Below, one piece after another: positions 11,709 to 23,147 of a stretch of DNA of 64,000 nucleotides. This DNA is from Macrostomum lignano (taxonomy: Eukaryota): the NCBI GenBank assembly GCA_002269645.1, contig NIVC01000010.1, positions 1,426,001 through 1,490,000 on the forward strand, in the 5' to 3' direction. Position 1 is the first letter of the stretch, and each line of letters opens with the position of its first letter. The notes under the pieces are model-generated. The model did no database searches and was not told the origin of the DNA. It worked only from the letters and a program-made list of their open reading frames with translations. Made by a program: the position numbers and the translations under genes.

Positions 11709-12886
11709 TATACACTTTGCTATGATTAGGCTTAAGAGAGACAATAGAAACTTAAGAGAAGTCTGAGCTGTAAATGGTTGCGAGGAGTTACTAAATTGCT
11801 GAAAAGGAACCGAGCTCTCAAATAGCACTGCAATTTATAGCCTTTTGCGTCGAGCTGCCACATGGAAGGTAGGGAAAATGTCAATTTAATTTAATAGGAA
11901 TGCGAATTGCTGGAAATGCTGCGCGATTCTCTGCCTTCGAGCAAAGGAATTTATCAAAAAATATTCAAAAAGTAATTTAAGTTTGTGTAACTTCCTCTAA
12001 CAGCGGAACATGTCGCTTTGGTGGCTTAGCATTTTTTGAATTAAAAATTTGGTTTGTGAGTAGCTATTCGAAATTTAGGAACTTCAACTTGCCGATACTA
12101 AAAATAAGTTGTCTCTGTGTAAGTACGTCTGTTTATTTAGTGCTGCCGATAATATCGTTTGAAACAATTAAGGTGAACACTTCAGATGCAAGCAGTCCAT
12201 TTGATATTTGACGTATTGTAGGCTAATAAGTTCATGTAAATGTAGAGTGAAAGTAATTGTAGTGGCCAGACGTGTACTCGTCAATCGAATATTCTAAGAT
12301 CACGTGGGGACACGTCATTCGAAAGTGACAAGGACAGTTCTGTGGCTTCGCACAAATCTCAATAGTCTATGGCCCAAGAAAAATGGCTGGATGAGCAATC
12401 AGTTTTCCAACGGGCAATCAACTTTCCATACGATGTGGTCTACGCGCAAAAGGCTCCATAGGAAGTGGGACAGAAGTTTAACTTTGTCTATGGCTAAACT
12501 GTACCCTGAACAGTCAAGACAGTAAACATAAAGACAACCATCTCTGACTAAAGTCAGGCTTCAAATCCGCTTTCTGACTACTTGGCTGCCTTAATTTTTG
12601 TCCGTTCACCATGGCAGAGGTTCAACCTCCACAAGGTCAAAATGCAAGAATAATCTACGACAAAACGCGGAGACTCCTCATCATCCAGGTCAGCCTATGC
12701 TTGCTTGATAATCCGACAATGAGTTTCAGAACCTTAACCGTTGATTAGTTTTGTTGCAGAGTCACTTTCACGGTTCTCTGTGCTTTTGCTTCATGAAATG
12801 AAATACGATCTTTTGGATTTAAGCATACATTGCAAAGTTGATTGCCTCTATTTGAAAAACTAATTGCTCCTTCCAGCCTTTTTGGG

Positions 12887-13120
12887 CCATAGACTATTGA
12901 GATTTGTGCGAACTAATGGTTCTGTCTATGGATTTGAGGGCAGGAACGAGCGAAATCCGAGGATTCCGTCTCATTTCTGCCCGAAAATGCATAGACAGAA
13001 CTGTGTTGTCTCATCATTTCGAGGGCGCCACTAAGCATTAACCATAGACGAAACTAGCGGGCACAGAATTCATTCCTGCCCGCGTTCAAAATCTTTCCTG
13101 CCCGCCACTATAGTCTGTGG
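12887..13120. mobile_element. Cluster of very short inverted-repeat elements bounded by CCATAGAC...GTCT(A/G)TGG
   Basis: 12887-12931 reads CCATAGAC...GTCTATGG; CATAGACAGAAC near 12990 is inverted to GTTCTGTCTATG; 13042-13120 reads CCATAGACG..GCGGGCA ... TGCCCGCC..AGTCTGTGG. No TSD seen. Confidence 0.55.
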
Positions 13121-13196
13121 TAATACTCAGGCTTTTTTAAACTGTATTTTTGCAACAGCTGATAGAATCCTGAAGAAAAGAGCGAATATGTAAATA

Positions 13197-13341
13197 ATAA
13201 ACGCCGTTTAATTCACATTCTGTGGTTAGAATGTCCGAGGCTGCGTTTAATGGTCTCGAGGCGAGCGTAGCGAGCCGAGGACCATTGATTGTAGCCGAGG
13301 ATATTCTAACCATAGACTATGATGAATTAAACGGCGTTTAT
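13197..13341. mobile_element. Long imperfect palindrome centred on GCGAGCGTAGCGAGC, Crypton-associated type
   Basis: Perfect 19-bp outer arms ATAAACGCCGTTTAATTCA / TGAATTAAACGGCGTTTAT, and imperfect inner arms TCTGTGGTTAGAATGTCC..GGCT..AATGGTC / GACCATT..AGCC..GGATATTCTAACCATAGA. Confidence 0.75.
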
Positions 13342-13615
13342 CATATATTAAATTCGATTGCTCCTTATTTCGAGGAGATTATATGATATAATATCCTAGT
13401 TTTTGTTAAAAATTACCACAGAAAACACATTCCCGGCTCAGAATAGTACAATTTTTTAACGATTAAATAAGCAATCGTATTTTATATATATGGAAGTCAA
13501 CAAGCACAACCACTAATTATTGAGTAAGAGGCATGATCAATTTGCAAAAAATCGCCACTGGCGATATTAGTGGCTTGGATAGTGCTGAATTGGAATTCAT
13601 GTCCAAACTGCGTCC

Positions 13616-14008
13616 ATGAGCGCGAAGACGTCTGTCGATCAGTGGTCGGGATTGCCAATCCTGGATCTCAATGACGTGGAAACGTTTTTGGCGGAACTAC
13701 GGACTCAGGAAGATTCGTATCGCGACTTAGATGTACAAGAACTAGAGGACATCAAACGACTTGAACAGTCGTCAAAGTCGGCATCCACCTTAGCAACCAC
13801 TAAGAATCAAATTAATCAGTTCAAGAAATTTCTTCGAGAGAAAAACCTGCCTGATGACATTGAAAGCTACTTAGACGGCTATCTGCGCCTCTGGTACGTA
13901 AGTCTGCGAGCTAATCCTGCGCTTGGAACGAAGACCTATGCACCGGATACGATTCGTGGCTTTCGGGCTAGTATCCATCGATTTGTAAAGGAGACAAACA
14001 GTGCTTGA
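13616..14008 (+). pseudogene. N-terminal fragment of a Crypton-like tyrosine recombinase (region upstream of DUF3504)
   Basis: STLATTKNQINQFKKFLREK...LDGYLRLWYVSLR...TYAPDTIRGFRASIHRFVKE matches the T..T..F..FL / L..L..FY..R / Y.P.S....I.R.L pattern of Crypton-A/KCTD1/ZMYM-type proteins. The catalytic domain is absent. Confidence 0.7.
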
Positions 14009-16295
14009 GAAAGACGGTTTAAGACTCAGCTTCTATCTTTAACGCTGCATGGCTTTTGATGAAGCATTGATGAACTATTCTGCTATTGAAGTATTGTTTA
14101 TAAATGTACTTTTGTTATGCTGGCTAGCATGTACTGTTACTTCGATAAATTTATCTTTTTCTACGCTTAATAATAAATGCCATAGACTAAAATCGCGGGC
14201 ACACATTGACGATTCCGTGGGCCGTGCGGCCCGCAAAATCATGGGACAACTGTCCATGTCACCTTCGAATGCCCCAATGGCAACTTCCAATAGTTCTTCA
14301 GACCTACGCTCGTACAGCCATCACTACCAATGCCGAGGTCGCCTCTTGATCACTTGCCTTGCCATCCCCTTTTTCAACATAGCCGAACAACATGCGAGTT
14401 CCATTCAACTATTGATTATTCCAATGACATCCCATCGGCCACTACATTGCAGTAGTCAAAGGCTGTGCCATCGCTGGAGCTGCGTCGATGAGAAAGTTCC
14501 TGGAAAGCCTGACCACTAAATTCAGGAAAACATTTAGCGTTTGAAATCCATCTACGAGGAGACGCAGGGTGGGGAAGCTGAAAATACTTTCTGGCATAGC
14601 TACTCATATAGGCTTTGGGACTGTAGAAGTGCGAGGTGCGGTTGCGAAAGTAGATGACATTTAGCGGTTGTAAAGTTTCGCGTTTGTGAAAGCAACCCTC
14701 TAGCGGCTCATGCCAAGTCCCATTCAGATTTTAAGCTAAGATCTTAAAATCGTTCTCTTCAAAACAAGTACCGCAAAATTCGATTATTGGGCTCAAAGCA
14801 TAGGTAAATTTAGCGAAGAACGAGAACCCTGAAAGAGGCAATCAGGAAGAGTTGAGGAAAAAGAGCTTTCTGAATGAAGCGGCTGCATCGCGCCAGAATT
14901 TTTTCACCTCAACTTCTTTGATTAGCAGCATTTTGTTCCGAATCTCCCAACCGCCCGCCAGTCAGGGTATCTCATCGTTTTGCTTTGACTGGCAACGCAC
15001 CGCACTGGCTCTGCCTGGTAACTCGGCTGATGTTGAGGTCAACTCGCTTGGCCTGATATCTGTGCTGGAGGGTGGCTGTTAATTTCTCATCACACTAATG
15101 TCCCCGCTACTGACCTCTAATCGTTTCATTTATGCGCCTTATCTTTTCCCTTTCACTTATTGCACTCCTTAACCTAACCTTAACCTCGATTTGGTGTTCT
15201 TTTGCTTTAGCTTGTTTTCATTTGGCCTATAGACTTGAGATTTTCTAAACCCTATAACGTTCCTCTTTTATGTAGGTTAGACATTTTGCGACGGAGTATA
15301 AATGTGAAATTATATAGGACAGGGAATCTCAACAAGAATAGTACAAGCGGTGACGGTGTTAAACAATACTCGTAGAATAGTTTGGTGTACTGGTGAGATA
15401 TTGGTAATACTTGTAAATTCCTGCACTGAAGACCTATACGGCTAATTGTGGGGCTGCGTTCGGCAGAGAGGGTGGTCGGGTAAAGCCGTCACACTGGACG
15501 CCCCCCCCCCATCCTTAGTGCGGTGCTCCAGCCCTTGTGCCAACCGACAACCTCACCCTACCCAGCTTCTCGCGGTGGAGTCGGGATCAAACGCTGCTAT
15601 ACACGCGGTAGCAATGCCTGCTTCAGTTTCTGTCTCTGTAATGTCGCCGGGGAGTAAGCTAGTATTGGCTTGCACGTGGTTCATTTAGCTCGACCGCGTC
15701 GTCATAAATACGCAGCTACAGTACGAAAGATTTTGCAATAAAATTCCATCCATTTTTTTTTGCTTGCGATTATTTTGCTGGGTGCCCTTCTACCATACCC
15801 AGTACGTAAGCAATAGGGAAATAAGCTGCACTCATCATGTCCTTTCGCTCTCCTGCCTCCGCCGATGGATCGGCTACTGAGCCATACAATGCAATCCCGG
15901 CAAACTGACCAACCGGCTAATGAGATGTCGAGAGTGACTAAATGCATATATTAAACTGAATTTTTCAGTTCTTTCAGTAGCCTTGTTAGCGAAACTTTTC
16001 TTGGCGTTGGACGTCTTGAGACATTGTTGCTGGCAAGCGCAGTTGAGACAGCAGCTTGTGGATCTATACTCTTGAGGATTGAGTATTGAGCATTGAGGAT
16101 CTCGGCGTTACGCCAAAGGAGATCAGCTTCCCATAGGACTGAGTCATACCTTCTCCGAACAGTTGACAACAAGTTTTGTCCTCCGCAGAGTAGGCTATAG
16201 GAGCTCTAAGTGAGCAAGTTTCCCGAAGTGTCCATAAGTAAAATGTGCAATTCGTTCTTTTAAATTACATTTACAATACATTGAGAATACCATAG

Positions 16296-17743
16296 CAACA
16301 ATCAAGGACCGCCTTAGAGACGCCACTGCCAACTCTGAGCGGAGTGAAGAGAATCAAAAACTGCCCAGCCTTCAACGAGCTCAGCAATGTTGACTTCATG
16401 AACCCCCGCCTGCAGCAGCGGCTGTGTCAGGAGACGCCAGCCTACCTGAAAGTGAGCGGCAAATTTCCATTGTGCGAGCTGAGCAGGAGCCTGCAGCAGC
16501 GGCTGTGTCAGGAGACGCCAGCCTACCTGAAAGTGAGCGGCAAATTTCCATTGTGCGAGCTGAGCAGGAGCCTGCAGCAGCGGCTCTGTCAGGAGACGCC
16601 AGCCTACCTGAAAGTGAGCGGCAAATTTCCATTGTGCGAGCTGAGCAGGAGCCTGCAGCAGCGGCTGTGTCAGGAGACGCCAGCCTACCTGAAAGTGAGC
16701 GGCAAATTTCCATTGTGCGAGCTGAGCAGGAGCCTGCAGCAGCGGCTGTGTCAGGAGACGCCAGCCTACCTGAAAGTGAGCGGCAAATTTCCATTGTGCG
16801 AGCTGAGCAGGAGCCTGCAGCAGCGGCTGTGTCAGGAGACGCCAGCCTACCTGAAAGTGAGCGGCAAATCTCCATTGTGCGAGCTGAGCAGGAATTTGCC
16901 GCAGCAGATGCACAGAATTGTCAGACAGGGCGCCCCGGTGGCCAATGTGAACCGAGCGATGGGCGGCCCTCTAATGCCGCTGTTCACCTTCGGTGTGGAG
17001 GAATCTATTTTGGCGGAGATGCTGAAGAAAAACCACTGGGAAACAGCTTCGATCGATTCGGACGATGCTCAACCTGTTGAAGAAGTTTTTGACAGACTCG
17101 GTGATGTTCCTCGACGTCGGCAGCAGCCTTGGCACCTACAGCCTGAAGGCCAGAGAGCTCGGATATCCCGTGGTGGCCATCGATGCGAACATTCGCGCGC
17201 TGGTCAGGCTGCAGATGTCAGCAAAGCGGCTGAACTTGCTTGACGACAAGCTGAAGCTCTTCTGCGGCTTCATCAGCGACCACGTGGTGCTCCAGCGGAT
17301 CAGCTACAGTGCCGACGACTTTGGCTGCAACGTCGGAGGCGGCTCCGACAGGTCGGCTGACTGGATGCGGCAGGTCACCAACATAATCGAGGACACGATT
17401 CCCGTGGTGACCGTCAGAGCGGACGAGCTCAGAGCGCACAATCGGCGCCAAGAATGTGGTCATCAAGATGGACATTGAGTCCGGTGAGCACCTGTTCATG
17501 AAGACAGGCAAGAGGCTGTTCAGCGAGCTCAACATCATGGCGCTGCAGATGGAGTTCAGGCGGAAGCCCGGCCAGCGACCGCAGGTGTCAGAAACCTACA
17601 AGTTCGTGACAGAATTCATCACCTCTAGAAACTTCTCGCTGCTGTCCATGACCACCTTTAAAATGCAGAATATCTCTACGTTTAATGACTGGGACGGTCT
17701 CTGGGTTAGAAATGGTTTTTTGTCATTCGTTAAGAAATCTTGA
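16296..17743 (+). pseudogene. FkbM-family (Methyltransf_21) SAM-dependent methyltransferase with two frameshifts (near 17060 and 17430) and an N-terminal 27-aa repeat
   Basis: Three consecutive frames join to HWETASIDS / MLNLLKKFLTDSVMFLDVGSSLGTYSL...VVAIDAN...ADEL / TIGAKNVVIKMDIESGEHLFMKTG...LQMEF. These are the DxGxxxG and KxDIExxE motifs. No in-frame ATG at the 5' end, so an upstream exon is likely. Confidence 0.75.
16410..16895 (+). repeat. 81-bp tandem repeat x6 (LQQRLCQETPAYLKVSGKFPLCELSRS)
   Basis: Near-identical units start at 16410, 16491, 16572, 16653, 16734 and 16815. Confidence 0.95.
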
Positions 17744-18139
17744 TAAGTTTTGAATTGGAATTTTCAATGCTAAAATTATATTTATAGAAGCATGTTTTGG
17801 CGTACCCAGAGATGGACTTTCAAACCTGAATTTGGTGACAGTGACCGATTCAGTCCTCGTCTACTTACTCAGTAATGGTAGTCGCACACGGTATGCTTAC
17901 CTGTGGTTCGTGTCAGAGTCCCGTGTTCATCCTCTCAATTTTAGATTTTGTTAGCGTCAGCACTTGATTAACTGTTTGGCATGCAGAATCCAGTTTGCAA
18001 CATGTGCTTAATCCAGATTTCTACCGTTGCTGAATATAATCTTCTTTTTAATGGAGGTACGTGTAGCGGTTTGAGCCAGTTGCGCAAATAGCAACCGCTA
18101 TCATTACTGCCGTCCGCTTGCGTCGAGTTGTTACGAGCG

Positions 18140-18410
18140 TAGCATTCATTTTGGCGCCGCAGACACTCATTTTGGCGCCGCAGACACTCATTTTGGCGCT
18201 GAAGGCACTCATTTTGGAGCCGCAGACACTCATTTTGGCGTCGAAAGCGCTAAATTTTGGCGCAATGAAAAATAAAATTTTTGATTTCCATAACGGGTGA
18301 CAATGCTGGGGTGGGGGGATAAAGCATTGGCATGTCCCCTCCCTGGCTTTTACTGGGGGACATGTGGTCCCCCTGTCCCCCGCCCCCCGGTGGCGACGCC
18401 ACAGTGGCAC
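18140..18410. mobile_element. MITE-like element with 21-bp internal repeats CATTTTGGCGCCGCAGACACT
   Basis: About 5 units at 18145-18260; the end GGCGACGCCACAG reverse-complements to a CAGTGGCG-like terminus. Confidence 0.4.
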
Positions 18411-18439
18411 AGTGTATGTATTCTTCTGCGTGTGTATGG

Positions 18440-18750
18440 GATGGGTTTCACAAACGCGAAACTTCACAACCGCCAAATTTTTTGCAGTCACTTTCATATA
18501 CGGCAGTCTTTTAGCGGTTGTGAAGTTTCGCGGTTGTGAAAGTAGATGACATTTAGCGGTTGGGAAGTTTCGCGGTTGTGAAAGTAGATGACATTTAGCG
18601 GTTGGGAAGTTTCGCGGTTGTGAAAGTAGATGACATTTAGCGGTTGGGAAGTTTCGCGGTTGTGAAAGTAGATGACATTTAGCGGTTGTGAAGTTTCGCG
18701 GTTGTGAAAGTAGATGACATTTAGCGGTTGTGAAGTTTCGCGTTTGGGAG
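18440..18750. repeat. 42-bp tandem repeat (AGTAGATGACATTTAGCGGTTGTGAAGTTTCGCGGTTGTGAA) between inverted ends; a single related unit at about 14635-14692
   Basis: TTTCACAAACGCGAAACTTCACAACCGC at 18446 is the inverse of GCGGTTGTGAAGTTTCGCGTTTG near 18724. About 6 tandem units lie between. Confidence 0.8.
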
Positions 18751-19502
18751 GGGATAAAAGTTGGTGGGGATATAATAACCTACATGTAATTGGGAATATA
18801 TAGTTTTTGGGGTTTGAATGTCATCTCAAGGACCTTGTACAATGGTCCTTGTGTCATCTAACAGCACATTCAATAACTCATGAATCGTAGCTGGACTCTG
18901 CAGTAAATGCGTCACAAAAGCTCATACATGACGGACGCACATCTTTCAATTTAGTTAGTTTAAGGAGTGTTTAATTAGGAAAAGATTTTGGGGCACCTAC
19001 ACGTATGCACATGTACCCAGTAAATAAAGGAGCGAAATCTGAAGTAAAGTCTCAGTTGCTGCGGCACCTAAAAGAGTGCCCAGGGCTCTAAACAGGCTCC
19101 AAAAGGTTTGTGGGGCTGTGGGCGCCATGTACACAGTATAGCTGTCTTAGTGCTTTGTTCACATACATTTACCATGTACATTGTATACATATATATGCGA
19201 AATATTTACAACGCCCTTAATACAAGTCCGCAATCTCTTTCCGAACTGGATCTTCCGGAGCCAGACACTGATGGAGCGAACGTCCTGCACGGCTGCGGTG
19301 TAAATACATGTATGAGTACCTTCTCAGCATCTTGGACTGCGCGGACTGCAGGTAAAGATGCAATAATCACACTATGCAGACCCGCGCAGGTTAGACGAGT
19401 AAAAATCTCTGGTCAATTAGGCCATCCAACAGCATATACTGCAGTGCATTTCAGCTGGAGCGCTGTTTTTAGCTCTGTAAAACTACGTTACTTACTCGTA
19501 CT

Positions 19503-21455
19503 TTAAAATTCAAAGAAAAGAAGTGCCATCTATTCCGGATAAGCCTAAATTATCTGGGACATCTAGTAACTACTGACGGCATCAAGACCGATCCGGCGAA
19601 GATTGAGGCTTTTCAAACCTGGTCAAGACCAAGGACAGCTCGACAACTTAACCTCTTTTTTGACCAAGTTTCGTCTGCACGTGCGCTTATATTAAGAGCT
19701 ATGCTAAATTTGTACCTCTCTACGCAGAATTGGCAGCTCCAATCCATGATTTCATTAAGCAGAAGACTATCAGGAACTTCAATTGTCTTTTGGGAAAAGC
19801 CCAGCAAGACGCGTTCGACCAGCTCAAGGCAGCCATGACTTCAACATCAATGCTCGCGTATCTGCAGTTCAGCGAGGAGCCCAATGTCGTCTTCATCCTG
19901 GACACGGATTGCCTCTGCGACCAGAATTGGGGCCTGTCTGAGCCAACGTCAACCGGATGGAATTGAGCGCCCTATTGGCTACTTCTCCAGAAGACTGAAG
20001 CCTGCCGAAGCCCGATATCCGATTACTAAACAAAAACTATTGGCAGTCGTAGAAGGGATGCGCTATTTTATCTTCTACCTGTTGTCCAAGAAGTTCGTCT
20101 GCCGGACCGACCATGCAGCACTGACCTGGATCCGAAAGAGAACTCAGCAAATAGGCATCTTCGGACAATGGCTACAAAACTTAGCGAACTCGAGTTCGAG
20201 ACCCTGCACCGCAAATCAGGACAGCATCAGAATGCCGACGGTCTCTCGAGAAGGCCAGAAGACGAAGCTAAATGCCTGGAGGAGGCTCAGCGAGAGGAAG
20301 CCGACGAGGACCAAAGTAAGCAGCCTGTAGCGACACCCGTGCAGCGGCGCCGAAGGTCCACGGCAGCAGCCACCCGGGCTCTCCACCAAGCAAGAAGACG
20401 TCTGTCCGCTGAAAGAGACGGAGACCGCCGGCTAGGACGAAAGGCTCCAACGGCGAGGCTACGCCGCCAGCAACCCCGACAGCCGACAGCAAGCCGCTGA
20501 CAGAGCTGCACCCGCCGGCAACGAAGCCGAGGCCGCCAGCCCGCTGTTATCATGACTCTCAAGTGTGGCCAACCCAGTTCAGTAGCACGACACGTTGCCC
20601 TACAAGGAGCCGCCGCCTACTAGCTGGAGACGACAAGGGCAGCGACCGATGTGCAGCCCGAGACGACAGCTGCCAACCTGCTTGCAGTGCTAAGTTCAAG
20701 AAGAGAGTGAGGTTCAGCAGCGACGCCTACAGCTCCTGCTCCTCATCATCCGCTGACGAAGCTAATGCGAGTGTAGCGACGCCGAAGCCCCCGAGGAGAA
20801 TCGACCTTCGGGCACATCAGCACCACGGCAACCGGTCTAATTAGCGACTATGAGGAGGGAGCTCCAGGCCCCGAGTAAAGCCGCCATAGCCGACGCCGCA
20901 CCGACTCGCTCAGCCGAAAGACACTGAACAATGAATTTGACCGACCCCATCCCGAGGCCAGTCACTCGCGAGGAGCTCCAGACGCATCAGCGTGCTGACT
21001 CTGCCATCGCCATGGTGATCGACTTACATGTACTAGAAAGCGGATAACCCAAGCCACCGCTTGCGCAGCGACTAAATAAGACGAGAGATGAACGAAATCT
21101 CCTGGCATTCTACGACCAACTCGAAGTCCGAGACGACGGTGTGCTAGTAGTACACCTAGACGAGGCCGACGACGAAGGAACAGCGCGGATCGTCCTGCCG
21201 AAGAGTCTCGACGCCACAGTGTTCACCATGGACCGCATTACTGCGGACACGTACATGGGCCGAGATCTCACCACAGCTATAAGTGTGCGAAAGGTTCTGG
21301 CGACATGCCCTAGCTATAGAAGCGTCCGACTATGTCGCTTCCTGCCAGACCTACACTCAGAGCAAAGGACGGCGACGAGTTCCGGCGCATGTACAGTCGT
21401 TTCCGGTCTACGAAATTAATGGGCGATGTGCAATTGACATCCTAGGTCCCACTGG
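19503..21455 (+). mobile_element. Decayed Gypsy/Ty3 pol fragment (end of RT, RNase H, integrase zinc finger), copy A
   Basis: LKFKEKKCHLF..LNYLGHLVTTDGIKTDPAKIEA, IGYFSRRLKPAEARYPITKQKLLAVVEGMRYF, CRTDHAAL and ERFWRHALA..ASDYVASCQTY. Many frameshifts; clearly homologous to 29390-31370. Confidence 0.9.
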
Positions 21456-22554
21456 ATACTTACTTACTTAAATACGTCACAAGATAATGCTGTTTTTGAT
21501 CTACAAATAGATCATTATCTCTACAACAATCAAAAATGGAAGCAAAAACGTTTAGCTCATATTTTGCCTTAAAATTTCAACCCAAAAGCTTAAAAATCTG
21601 TATATTTCTGATCCTGGGATCGCAAAAACCGGAATTTTGCACTCTCTAATTCTGAAATAGTATTCATTTGCATGCCACTTAAACTTAAAGTTTAAATTAC
21701 ATGAATAAATGTTCAAATGAAGTTGTGTCTTGCGCTAGAAATTTATTTGCCAGACTGCTCCTCTTGGAGTCGCGGTGGCTGGGGAATTGTTTGGTGGTGT
21801 GAAGAAAGAATGCCCCCATCTTTTACAGGCCGCAATTTCGCTTCCAGTCCAACGTGAGGAAAGGAAGTGTTGCGGACAACGGCCCCCACTCCCCCCTTCC
21901 TCAGAAGCCCACAAACTTTGCCCCCATGTTGTACAGAAAAAAATTCTTATTCGTTTCGCGTCCCGGTGCTTAAATATAGTCGTCCATGGGTTAAGCCAGA
22001 CTGCCAGAGACTTCTAAATATAACAGCTGTTATCTGTTATCTTTGTTAGCTGTTATCTTCAGAGCTCCCTGGTGGAAGCAAAAGAAAGGAAAGAAGCAAA
22101 AAAGCAAAAAAAGGAAGCAAAAAAGAAGCAAAAAAAGAAAAGAAAGTAGGAAGCAAAGGCACCCCTCCCAGTCCTGGTTTTCAATCGAGCCGGAGCCTGG
22201 GAAATTTATGTAAGGGCCTCTTATAGATCTGCCCCACTCCTAGTGCCCTTTCTTTTGCCCCCTTTGTTGCAACTCCTTTAGGGAGATCTGTGCAACCATT
22301 TTTGTTATTATATAGCATTATCTGTTTTGCTCTAAAAATTTTAGTAAGAAGGAGCCCCAAGCTGCTCCCATACTGTGTTTACGCTGAATTCTAGCCTCTC
22401 TCAGTTGCGAACCCCCATTTAATGTGATCTCGTTAGGGCACCCCATTTTAATCAACCAGGTGGCTCCGGAGCACAGACCATATAGAATAGAATATTCTCC
22501 GGACCCCTACCTCGGGGTTATCATTTTTATTACTGTCTGAATTCACTCACCCAC

Positions 22555-23147
22555 CCCACCCCCATAGAACCCCACCCCCATAGAACCCCACCCCCATAGA
22601 ACCCCACCCCCATAGAACCCCACCCCCATAGAACCCCACCCCCATAGAACCCCACCCCCATAGAACCCCACCCCATAGAACCCCACCCCATAGAACCCCA
22701 CCCCCATAGAACCCCACCCCATAGAACCCCACCCCCATAGAACCCCACCCCATAGAACCCCACCCCCATAGAACCCCACCCCCATAGAACCCCACCCCAT
22801 AGAACCCCACCCCCATAGAACCCCACCCCCATAGAACCCCACCCCCATAGAACCCCACCCCCATAGAACCCCACCCCATAGAACCCCACCCCCATAGAAC
22901 CCCACCCCCATAGAACCCCACCCCCATAGAACCCCACCCCCATAGAACCCCACCCCCATAGAACCCCACCCCATAGAACCCCACCCCCATAGAACCCCAC
23001 CCCCATAGAACCCACCCCCATAGAACCCCACCCCCATAGAACCCCACCCACATAGAACCCCACCCCCATAGAACCCCACCCCATAGAACCCCACCCCCAT
23101 AGAACTCCACCCCCATAGAACCCCACCCCCATAGAACCCCACCCCCA
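22555..23147. repeat. 15/16-bp C-rich minisatellite (CCCCATAGAACCCCAC)n, about 37 copies
   Basis: Direct reading; the minus strand is TTCTATGGGG(G)TGGGG. Confidence 0.95.

Noticed and set aside
14190-14520. Peptide HPIGHYIAVVK resembling a cysteine-protease His box
   Set aside because: A short frame bounded by stops, with no matching Cys box. ORF 14049-14519 has no recognisable domain.
15350-16200. Short ORFs on both strands between the Crypton fragment and the FkbM gene
   Set aside because: No recognisable motif or consistent frame; possibly decayed TE, but unsupported.
16410-16895. 81-bp repeats as a CRISPR array
   Set aside because: Contiguous near-identical units with no spacers, lying inside a coding region.
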